Part shown: in pieces, positions 47,813 through 54,879 of the stretch
How the letters are laid out: each line of letters begins with the position of its first letter
How positions within the stretch are numbered: position 1 is the first letter of the stretch
From: a virus
Length of the DNA: 54,879 nucleotides
IMG/VR virus record: IMGVR_UViG_3300045988_121535
Strand: one strand, 5' to 3'
Position numbers and translations under genes: made by a program
The notes under the pieces: generated by a model
The model's input: only the letters and a program-made list of their open reading frames with translations
Told to the model about the DNA's origin: nothing
Databases searched by the model: none

Positions 47813-48050
47813 ACACCTTTCTATTTTGTAGTTGAATGGAAAGTTTTGCTGAATGTTTGGTAGTCAACTGCAATGGAATCCTTCTCCCTTCTGGTATAAT
47901 TAGCTTGTACCTAAAAAACAGGTACACCGCAGTTCTGGTTATTGGGCGGCGTTTGGATTGGCGTTCTCGCCGCCTAATATCTATTGTAAACCTTGAAAAT
48001 AAAAAGTCTATAGCTAAAAATGTCGAAAATGTAGAAAGGGCGTATAAATT

Positions 48051-48182
48051 ATGTTAAGAAATGAAGAATGTACGGATAAAATGAGCCAATTTCGTGAAGA
48101 AATTATCGATTTAATATCTAAATTTGATGATGTGCGCCGCCTGAGGGCGATTCGTGCATATCTTATGGCGTTGTTAGGATGA
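48051..48182 (+). CDS. 43-aa small protein
   Basis: Weak RBS; ends at a bidirectional terminator. Confidence 0.25.
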   Translation: MLRNEECTDKMSQFREEIIDLISKFDDVRRLRAIRAYLMALLG

Positions 48183-48196
48183 TAAAAAAGAGAAAG

Positions 48197-48232
48197 TCAA
48201 TGGATTGCGCATTTCCATTGACTTTTTTTATT
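48197..48232. terminator. bidirectional rho-independent terminator
   Basis: AGTCAATGGA-ttgcgca-TCCATTGACT with a T-run on both strands. Confidence 0.65.
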
Positions 48233-48611
48233 ACTCTTTTCCGATAGAATCAACAAGCTTTTCCAACACTTCCCAATCTGATTCATTCAGCTTAGCCAGA
48301 GCCGTTACGAGCCTGCGCTTGAAACTATCTTTTCCGTTTCTTTGGATTTCGCCAAGCATTTCAGAAATCTGCTCATCTTTAGATTTTACAAACATTTCGT
48401 CAATCCCATCTCTGAGCCAATCCTCATTTACAAACTTTCCGTTCCAAGATTCCAAACAAATTATTTTGAAAATCTTATCTGTTACTGGTCTATCTCCTTT
48501 TTCAATTTGAGATAAATAAGTCTGTGCTACTCCTATTTTCTTACCGAAATCACTTTGATTCATTTCAAGGAATAGCCTTAATTTTTTCACGCGCTCATTT
48601 ACACCATTCAA
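48231..48611 (-). CDS. CI-like repressor (HTH_3 N-domain plus C-terminal domain), TTG start
   Basis: AAAGGAGGTG RBS 6 nt before TTG; VNERVKKLRLFLEMNQSDFGKKIGVAQTYLSQIEKGDRP. Confidence 0.7.
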   Translation of the reverse strand: MNGVNERVKKLRLFLEMNQSDFGKKIGVAQTYLSQIEKGDRPVTDKIFKIICLESWNGKFVNEDWLRDGIDEMFVKSKDEQISEMLGEIQRNGKDSFKRRLVTALAKLNESDWEVLEKLVDSIGKE

Positions 48612-48635
48612 TGTAGACACCTCCTTTCTTGTAAT

Positions 48636-48719
48636 ATAATAACACAAGAATATTGCAAATGCAATATTCTTTTCTTGACTTCATAACGCATTTGCGTTAT
48701 TATGATATTGCAAACGAAA
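48636..48719. promoter_or_regulatory. immunity switch: divergent promoters (minus: TTGCAT-17-TATTAT; plus: TTGACT-17-TATTAT) with 22-bp palindromic operator GAATATTGCA-aa-TGCAATATTC, extra half-site ATATTGCAAA at +1, and a second palindrome TAACGCA-tt-TGCGTTA in the plus spacer
   Basis: Direct inspection of sequence and spacings. Confidence 0.55.
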
Positions 48720-48734
48720 TAAGGAGGTGGTGGG

Positions 48735-48818
48735 ATGAAAAAAGTATTTTACTTTTCTTTGGTTGCATTAGCGGTTTCTATTGTAGCCTTCATGATTTCA
48801 ATATCAAGGGTAATATGA
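48735..48818 (+). CDS. 27-aa hydrophobic peptide (Fst/Ldr-like type I toxin candidate)
   Basis: AAGGAGGTGGTGGG RBS plus a strong upstream promoter; MKKVFYFSLVALAVSIVAFMISISRVI; 3' end overlaps the convergent gene 48790-49149. Confidence 0.3.
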   Translation: MKKVFYFSLVALAVSIVAFMISISRVI

Positions 48819-49149
48819 TGGCTGCGATACTAATTGTGATGGAAACAATGGATGTTATGACAGAAATGTTGGAATATTTTCTGGACGATTCCGCCGTTTC
48901 CTTCGCTAATTTGGATTGTTCGATGGCTGCATCAGCTTGAATTTTTGAACTGTCCGCGACTGCTTTGGCAGATTCAGCTTGAGATTTTGCAGAATCAGCA
49001 AGATTGCGGAGTTCATGAGATGTTTTCTCAAGAAAAGCCGTCTGGTGTTCCATCATTTCAAGAGGGCTTTTACCTTCTTCATAATCTGGGGACATGGCAT
49101 CTAAGTTGCTCTGCATTATTTTATTGATTCTATCGTAATCATGAAACAT
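48790..49149 (-). CDS. coiled-coil protein with C-terminal TM anchor
   Basis: ATG 49149 with AAAGGAG RBS; ...SVITSIVSITISIAAIILPLILKS. Confidence 0.5.
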   Translation of the reverse strand: MFHDYDRINKIMQSNLDAMSPDYEEGKSPLEMMEHQTAFLEKTSHELRNLADSAKSQAESAKAVADSSKIQADAAIEQSKLAKETAESSRKYSNISVITSIVSITISIAAIILPLILKS

Positions 49150-49206
49150 TTTGAAAATCTCCTTTTTAAAGGGATTATACCACAAAACAGGGAAGGAGGT
49201 GAAACG

Positions 49207-49401
49207 ATGGAAGAAAGAAAATTCGGAAAAACCATAGTGGATTTTACTTCTAAAGGCTCTATTCAGTGTATCGCTATAGCGCATACAGAAAAAGATAGAA
49301 ACGACTTACTGAAAAGAGCCTACAGGGAAATATTCACGCCAGGTACGGAAGGAATCAACTGTTGGGTTTTGTTTCGGGAAAAATCGGAGGTCGGTCTTTA
49401 G
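49207..49401 (+). CDS. small hypothetical protein
   Basis: GGAAGGAGGTG RBS. Confidence 0.45.
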   Translation: MEERKFGKTIVDFTSKGSIQCIAIAHTEKDRNDLLKRAYREIFTPGTEGINCWVLFREKSEVGL

Positions 49402-49546
49402 ACCACTCTAAATGAATCCATTGATATCCCGGCGGAAATCCTTCTGAAATACCGATAAATCGCCAACCGCATTTTTCATAATCTGAAATGATTTGGCTTA
49501 TCTTGGATTCCGAAAGGTTATCACATTTGATGATTCGTTTTTCCAT
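49355..49546 (-). CDS. small hypothetical protein
   Basis: AGGAGGTG RBS; convergent with the previous gene. Confidence 0.4.
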   Translation of the reverse strand: MEKRIIKCDNLSESKISQIISDYEKCGWRFIGISEGFPPGYQWIHLEWSKDRPPIFPETKPNS

Positions 49547-49603
49547 AGAATTCACCTCCTTATCATTTGATAAGGAAATTATAACACAGAAAGGAATGGT
49601 GCG

Positions 49604-50413
49604 ATGAACGATTTGGTTCATATCCAAAATACTGATATTTCGGTAAAGGAATATCGAGGACAGAGAGTTGTGACATTGAAAGATGTTGATATGGTCCATG
49701 AAAGACCTGATGGAACGGCGAGAAGAAATTTTAATTCTAACAGAAATAGATTTATTGATGGAGAAGATTATTTCGTTGTTAGTGCAGACGAAATTCGTAC
49801 AAGCCGCATGTTTCCTATATCTGACAATGATTTTACAAACAAAATTCTGCTAACAGAACAGGGATATTTGATGTTAGTCAAGTCATTTACGGACGATTTG
49901 GCATGGACGGTTCAAAGACAACTTGTGAACGGATATTTTAAGACAAGGCGGCTTGTCAATGAGGAATTATCTCCGGAAACACAGCTTATCTTAAAACTGG
50001 CTCAAAGCATCGCCAATAAAGAATTGGAAGATAAAGAGCGAGACAGGCAGATTGCCCTTGCGAATGAAACAGCGAAAAAGGCGGTTGAAACTACAGAAAC
50101 AATTAAGGAAGCTGTTAAACCTGTACTGGATAATTGGCGGATTGAGATTAACAGAAAAATTAAACGTGTTCAGTTTAGTTCCAAAATTGATTTTCAAACA
50201 TTGAATACCCAACTGTATTCAGAATTGGAACAAAGAGCCGGATGCGACTTAGGCACAAGGCTTAGAAACATGAAGCAGAGAATGGTAAATTCTGGTGCGA
50301 CCAAAACCGCAATCAATAGCATTAGAAAAATTGATGTGATTGAGGGAGATAAGAAGCTTCGGGAGATTTTTTCAAAAATTGTTTCCGAGTACGAAATTAA
50401 ATATTGCGCATAG
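49604..50413 (+). CDS. ORF6N/Bro-N-type antirepressor-like protein (paralog)
   Basis: EYRGQRVVTLKDVDMVHERPDGTARRNFNSNR...ILLTEQGYLMLVKSF. Confidence 0.6.
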   Translation: MNDLVHIQNTDISVKEYRGQRVVTLKDVDMVHERPDGTARRNFNSNRNRFIDGEDYFVVSADEIRTSRMFPISDNDFTNKILLTEQGYLMLVKSFTDDLAWTVQRQLVNGYFKTRRLVNEELSPETQLILKLAQSIANKELEDKERDRQIALANETAKKAVETTETIKEAVKPVLDNWRIEINRKIKRVQFSSKIDFQTLNTQLYSELEQRAGCDLGTRLRNMKQRMVNSGATKTAINSIRKIDVIEGDKKLREIFSKIVSEYEIKYCA

Positions 50414-50428
50414 AAGGGAGAAAGAAAG

Positions 50429-50647
50429 ATGACCATTGATAAATTAAATGAATTTGATGTTTTAACAGGATTTCGGTTTGTAGAAGCTCATGAGCAAACA
50501 GCGGAATGTAGTGATGGAGGAACCGCAAATGTTATCACGCTGCACTTTGAAAACGATAATCATGTTGCTGTGGATGTAGATTTTATTGACGGAGAACCTC
50601 ATATTAGCGAGTTTTATGCGGTTGACGATAACGGAAAGAAAATTTAA
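50429..50647 (+). CDS. hypothetical protein
   Basis: AAGGGAGAAAG RBS; 72 aa. Confidence 0.4.
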   Translation: MTIDKLNEFDVLTGFRFVEAHEQTAECSDGGTANVITLHFENDNHVAVDVDFIDGEPHISEFYAVDDNGKKI

Positions 50648-50664
50648 GGAAGGAGGTGCAGGAA

Positions 50665-50805
50665 ATGAGCGAAAAGGAAAAACAGGTAGTAGAAAAGCTG
50701 AAAGAAGCAATTCCACAGATGTCCGATTTTGACAAGGGTTATATCCTTGGAAAAGTTGAGAGCATGGCAGAGCAGAAAAAAGAAGATACGGATGAAAAGG
50801 AATGA
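50665..50805 (+). CDS. 46-aa acidic small protein
   Basis: AAGGAAGGAGGTG RBS. Confidence 0.45.
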   Translation: MSEKEKQVVEKLKEAIPQMSDFDKGYILGKVESMAEQKKEDTDEKE

Positions 50806-50963
50806 TTGTAATAAAAATCATTACAATTGCATTGCAATTTTCGCTTTTTGTAATGTGTACATTAAGTTGCATTGAAGACGAAAGCAAAGCCTTGGGATTT
50901 TGTGCTGCTTTATGGCTTATTTGCGCAATTCTGAACTTATGCAGTCTGTTAGCGAGGTGTTGA
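50802..50963 (+). CDS. 53-aa two-TM membrane peptide
   Basis: ATGA overlap with the upstream stop; hydrophobic. Confidence 0.3.
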   Translation: MIVIKIITIALQFSLFVMCTLSCIEDESKALGFCAALWLICAILNLCSLLARC

Positions 50964-51079
50964 AGATGTATGTAAATCCATTTGTAGCAGGCGTTTTCGT
51001 GACAATCGCATCGGAAATGATTCTGATTTTCCTGTATGCCTTTTTTAACCAGAAGAAGTAAGAAGGGCAGGGATAGGAA

Positions 51080-51280
51080 ATGTCAATCGGGTTGCCGCGT
51101 AGAACGCCAACAAATAAAAGAGTAGTAGCCTGCAATATCTGCGGTAAGGTTTGGAACGTTGCCACAACGCAGGATACCAGGAAGGGCTATCATTGCCCGG
51201 AGTGTAGCAAAGGTAGGGGTGCAAAACATGAAAATCGAACAAATCAGAGAAGCAGCGGAAAAGAAACTGTTTGTAGGTAA
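51080..51280 (+). CDS. zinc-ribbon protein
   Basis: CNICGK...CPECSKG. Confidence 0.4.
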   Translation: MSIGLPRRTPTNKRVVACNICGKVWNVATTQDTRKGYHCPECSKGRGAKHENRTNQRSSGKETVCR

Positions 51281-51464
51281 GAAGATTAAGGTAATTGAGT
51301 TTGGCAAGGACAGTCACGGAGCGAACGTCCTGCGGAAAAGAAGAACAGGAACGGTAACAGGATTGTATCCGTTCATCTTCACCGCCATTTTTGCAGGAGG
51401 ATACACAGAGAGTTTCCGCTATAGCCAGTTTTTTGAAAGCGATGGGGAAGTGGTGAGGTTATGA
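51228..51464 (+). CDS. small hypothetical protein
   Basis: ATG 51228 after AAAGGTAGGGG. Confidence 0.35.
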   Translation: MKIEQIREAAEKKLFVGKKIKVIEFGKDSHGANVLRKRRTGTVTGLYPFIFTAIFAGGYTESFRYSQFFESDGEVVRL

Positions 51465-51883
51465 GAAATTGGAAACGGACTGCGTTCTACATCCGCCGTG
51501 GTCTGCTGCGGTGGGCAGCTATGTTTCTAGGAACGTTTCTTTCTCTTTGTGTTATGGTGCTTGTTCTGGAAAATCCAGACGGCAGGATGCTGTTTTATCT
51601 GGTTTTCGGCATTGCGGTTTCGCTGATGATTGGAAATCGGTTTTACGGAAGGGGGAAAGATGATGATAACCATAAAGCAAGAATTAAAATTGTTGTTACT
51701 GAAAAGAACTGTAATTTTAAAACGAGCGGAGGCACGGCTGACATTCTGGCGGCATTGATGTTGGTTATTGCGGAAACTTTAGAAAAAACAAGAAAATGTG
51801 ACGTGACAGATGCCGAAGTAGAAGATTCGATTTTGGCAACTTATAGGAAAGCGGTTTCGTTTATCAGAAAACACGAAAAATAA
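51461..51883 (+). CDS. membrane protein (two TM)
   Basis: WAAMFLGTFLSLCVMVLVL...LFYLVFGIAVSLMI. Confidence 0.5.
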   Translation: MRNWKRTAFYIRRGLLRWAAMFLGTFLSLCVMVLVLENPDGRMLFYLVFGIAVSLMIGNRFYGRGKDDDNHKARIKIVVTEKNCNFKTSGGTADILAALMLVIAETLEKTRKCDVTDAEVEDSILATYRKAVSFIRKHEK

Positions 51884-51922
51884 AACACGCAACCAAGATA
51901 CCAGAAAGCGAGGGAAAAATCA

Positions 51923-52102
51923 ATGGGAAAAATGACTTTAACACCAGAAAACGATTTACAGGAATTGTGGGAGATGAACGGCAGGGTTAAGGCTGTTATT
52001 GCATATCTGAAAACAGATACATACATCAAACCGAAAGAAATTTTGTCTATGTTAGGAGTGGTTGACAGTGGCTTACCCATGCAGGATAGGGATAAAGACT
52101 GA
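51923..52102 (+). CDS. 59-aa small protein
   Basis: ORF below the track cutoff. Confidence 0.3.
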   Translation: MGKMTLTPENDLQELWEMNGRVKAVIAYLKTDTYIKPKEILSMLGVVDSGLPMQDRDKD

Positions 52103-52244
52103 ATGTGATGGTTGCGGATACTGTGAAAAAGAGCAGGAAGAATGTCCGCACTGCCAAGAAACGCAATATGAATACCTTTATAAACGGGATGATGGAGAAA
52201 TCGTAGGTTGTAGCGAATGTATTAAAAGGATGTGGAGCGATTGA
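52068..52244 (+). CDS. zinc-ribbon mini-protein (four Cys pairs)
   Basis: GTG start after AGGAGTG RBS; CDGCGYC...CPHC...CSEC. Confidence 0.4.
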   Translation: MAYPCRIGIKTECDGCGYCEKEQEECPHCQETQYEYLYKRDDGEIVGCSECIKRMWSD

Positions 52245-54175
52245 CGGAAGTATTATTGAAAAAAATCAGCCTTAAAAACTACATGGGGGCTGAAAATGTG
52301 GAGGTTGACTTTTCCGAAAAAACGGAAATCAGAGGTAAAAACAGATGTGGAAAAACCACTTTGATGAACGCCTATTTCGATGTTATGACAGGTAAATTTG
52401 CGAATGGTGCAGCACCGACTAATATTTGTCCTGTGGATGAAAACGGAGAAGAAAAGCCTGTAAAGGAAATCGAAAGAGCGGTTACTTTGGAAATCAATGG
52501 AATTGAACACGAAATCAGAAAAGTGACTAAAAGAAAGTATCGCAAGGGCGTTTTTGTCGGAAACGAAACTGTTTATATGCTTGATGGCGTTTCTGTAAAA
52601 TCTGCGGAAGTAAACGATTTTTTAGCTGGTATCGCACCGCCAGAAACGGTTGCAATGTGTTCTAATGCATCGGTATTCTTTTCAGCTTTGAAAAAATCTA
52701 CTGCGGATGCCAGAAAAGCTATTGAAGGTCTTTCTGGATTCGATGTGGAGCGTTTTTGCAAAGAAAATGCAGAATACCAGAGCGTTTCCGAACTGACCGC
52801 AGGAAAGAAAACAGAGGATGTATTGAAACAACTGAAAAAACGCCTTTCTACTGAGAACAGAGAATTGGATAGGCTAAATGTAGAATTGGACTACGAACAG
52901 CGCAGACTTGACAGGTCGGATGATTCCGAATTGCAGAAATTAGAATCCGAAAAAGTAACCATTATCGGAAACATCGAAAGTATGAAGAACCTGAAAGAGG
53001 CACTGAATGTTTCAATCGACAGGTACAGCTTTCTGCTTTCTCATATTGAAAAACTCAAAGGCGAATTGTCCGAAATCGAAAAGGAGCAGACAAAAACGCA
53101 AAGGGAAAGAATCAGTGCTATCAATGAAGAATTGGCTGTTTTGGACAAAGAAATTTCGGAAAAATCAACAGAGTTGACCGAAAGAAACGCAAAATTGCAG
53201 AATAACAAATTCTATCTTGCCTTTAAAAATAAAGAGTTGATGGACTTGGTAAAAGAACGTCTGCGGCTGAAAAATGCTGATTTTATCGCAAGCGGAGTGT
53301 GTCATGTTTGCGGACAACCTTTGCCGGAAGAAAGAACAGAGGAAGATAGAGAAAGATTTGAGAAAGAAAGAGAAGAAAATATTGGGCTTACGGAAAGTGC
53401 CATTTCCTCTGCCGAATCCAAGATTGGGGAGGTTGTAGAAAAAATCAGTCTTCATTCCAAGAAAATCGAAGAAATTACGGCTTTTATTTCAGAGAAAAAG
53501 AAACGAGTAGAGGAAATTTCCTCCGAAAAAGAAAAAATCCTTTCTGATATGAAATTTTCTGTAACGGATGAATACAAGAGAATTTCAGAGGAATTGAAAA
53601 AATCCGAAGCGGAGGCAGCGGAAATTTTTGAGTCAACTTATTTGTGTCGCGAAGTAACAGACCGAATCAACATTTTGTCTGTGGAATTATCACAAAAGCA
53701 GTCCGAAATTGACGGTATCGTTAAGGATAGGGAAGAAACAGAAAAGAGAATTTTCGATTTGAAAGAATCCGTCAAGGAACAAGCGCAGAAAGCGGCAGAT
53801 GTCGAACGCCAGATTGATATGTTGCAGGATTTCAGCATTGCCAAAAATGCAGCTTTGGAAGATATGGTAAACAGCAGATTTGAGTTTATCAAAATCAAAA
53901 TGAGCGAAGAAACATTGAGCGGAGATATCAAGGAAACGTTGAAAATCAATGTGAATGGCGTTGATTATTTTAACGGATTGAACCACGGAGACAGAATCCT
54001 TGCGGAAATCTTCCTATTAAAAGGATTGCAGGACATGAATAGTATTCGCCTACCAATTTGGATTGATGATACAGAATCATTGGACGAAAACAGGATTCCA
54101 GATGTAAGCCGCCAGTTAATTGTTATTCGCAGGACAGATGATGAAACTTTGAAAGTATGCAATGGGGAGGAATAA
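52232..54175 (+). CDS. Rad50/SbcC/SMC-like ATPase with central CxxC zinc hook
   Basis: Walker A GKNRCGKTTL, long coiled coils, CHVCGQPLP hook near the mid-point, C-terminal LPIWIDDTESLDE (Walker B/D-loop). Confidence 0.8.
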   Translation: MERLTEVLLKKISLKNYMGAENVEVDFSEKTEIRGKNRCGKTTLMNAYFDVMTGKFANGAAPTNICPVDENGEEKPVKEIERAVTLEINGIEHEIRKVTKRKYRKGVFVGNETVYMLDGVSVKSAEVNDFLAGIAPPETVAMCSNASVFFSALKKSTADARKAIEGLSGFDVERFCKENAEYQSVSELTAGKKTEDVLKQLKKRLSTENRELDRLNVELDYEQRRLDRSDDSELQKLESEKVTIIGNIESMKNLKEALNVSIDRYSFLLSHIEKLKGELSEIEKEQTKTQRERISAINEELAVLDKEISEKSTELTERNAKLQNNKFYLAFKNKELMDLVKERLRLKNADFIASGVCHVCGQPLPEERTEEDRERFEKEREENIGLTESAISSAESKIGEVVEKISLHSKKIEEITAFISEKKKRVEEISSEKEKILSDMKFSVTDEYKRISEELKKSEAEAAEIFESTYLCREVTDRINILSVELSQKQSEIDGIVKDREETEKRIFDLKESVKEQAQKAADVERQIDMLQDFSIAKNAALEDMVNSRFEFIKIKMSEETLSGDIKETLKINVNGVDYFNGLNHGDRILAEIFLLKGLQDMNSIRLPIWIDDTESLDENRIPDVSRQLIVIRRTDDETLKVCNGEE

Positions 54176-54177
54176 AA

Positions 54178-54879
54178 ATGGGAATGAAAGGATATAAAGG
54201 TTTTCGCAAGGGGCTTATTTGCAAAAGCAAGCAGTACGCAGAGAACACGATTTTTGAAGAAAGCGAAGCTAATATTTGCGTGTTCTGCAAAAATCCTATG
54301 GACGTACTTGACTATTATCCGTTAATTGATAATAACGGCGAAATGTGCGAATTTTCGGAAGTAGAAGCAATGGACGAAACTCTTACAAATGACGAGAAGA
54401 AATATTGCACAAAGAAACTAAAAATCGGCGCAAGGCTGTCTTTAGTAGAATTTATTAAGGCAAGTTTTGACGTAACCTATCGGCAGATTAAAGAAGAAGT
54501 TGATAATGTTTCAGAAAAAGAAAATGTCGTAGACAACGCTAAACTGGCAGGCGGAGACAACGCTAAACTGGCAGGCGGAAACGGGGCTAAACTGGCAGGC
54601 GGAAACTGGGCTAAACTGGCAGGCGGAGACAACGCTAAACTGGCAGGCGGAGACTGGGCTACACTGGCAGGCGGATACGGGGCTAAACTGGCAGGCGGAA
54701 ACGGGGCTACACTGGCAGGCGGATACGGGGCTAAACTGGCAGGCGGAAACGGGGCTAAACTGGCAGGCGGAGACAACGCTACACTGGCAGGCGGAAACGG
54801 GGCTACACTGGCAGGCGGATACGGGGCTAAACTGGCAGGCGGAAACGGGGCTACACTGGCAGGCGGATACGGGGCTAAA
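54178..54879 (+). CDS. tandem-repeat protein, N-terminal Cys-containing domain plus 8-aa A[KT]LAGG[NDY][GNW] repeats; 3'-truncated at window end (continues at 2..292)
   Basis: ATG 54178 after GGGGAGG RBS; open to the last base of the window (234 codons). Confidence 0.65.
   Translation, partial: MGMKGYKGFRKGLICKSKQYAENTIFEESEANICVFCKNPMDVLDYYPLIDNNGEMCEFSEVEAMDETLTNDEKKYCTKKLKIGARLSLVEFIKASFDVTYRQIKEEVDNVSEKENVVDNAKLAGGDNAKLAGGNGAKLAGGNWAKLAGGDNAKLAGGDWATLAGGYGAKLAGGNGATLAGGYGAKLAGGNGAKLAGGDNATLAGGNGATLAGGYGAKLAGGNGATLAGGYGAK
54530..54879 (+). repeat. 24-nt tandem repeat array, at least 14 copies (same unit as at 1-110)
   Basis: Direct inspection. Confidence 0.95.

Noticed and set aside
54477-54776. 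99-aa minus-strand ORF encoding PPASLAP-type repeats
   Set aside because: It is the antisense frame of the plus-strand 24-nt repeat array, which has the RBS, start codon and continuity across the window junction; it is a compositional mirror ORF.

Overview
The window reads as a complete, circularly permuted temperate siphovirus (prophage-type) genome of a low-GC Firmicutes/Clostridia-like host. Both window ends lie inside the same 24-nt tandem-repeat array, and one CDS (54178..end, continuing at 2..292) spans the junction. Plus-strand early/accessory region (about 43.1 kb through the wrap to 17.4 kb): ORF6N antirepressor paralogs, a CI-like repressor with a palindromic operator switch, a Rad50/SbcC-like ATPase with a CxxC zinc hook, a RecT-like annealing protein, an MBL-fold protein, SSB, a GIY-YIG nuclease, a Dam-like N6-adenine methyltransferase carrying an in-frame 9-nt microsatellite, DUF4406, a C5-cytosine methyltransferase, a DnaD-like replisome organiser, a G39P-like loader, a DUF5664 protein, an Xis-like protein and a tyrosine integrase followed by an attP-like repeat region. 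After attP comes a six-gene cassette of Q/N-, Gly-, Cys- and Tyr-rich proteins that resemble spore coat/exosporium proteins (CotZ/ExsY-like, YjcZ-like), then an HExxH peptidase. Minus-strand late operon (42.8 kb down to 17.5 kb): RHH protein, XRE regulator, putative TerS, small Cys-rich/paralogous ORFs, three tRNAs (Ser-TGA, Met/Ile-CAT, Gly-TCC), TerL interrupted by a mini-intein in the P-loop, portal, Mu-F-like protein, scaffold, gpD-like decoration protein, lambda gpE-type major capsid, connector proteins, major tail protein, G/GT chaperones with a T7 slippery site, tape measure, tail tip and fibre proteins (one glycine-rich), holin and an NlpC/P60 endolysin. Regulatory features visible in the sequence include sigma-A-like promoters, rho-independent terminators, an iteron array and palindromic operators.
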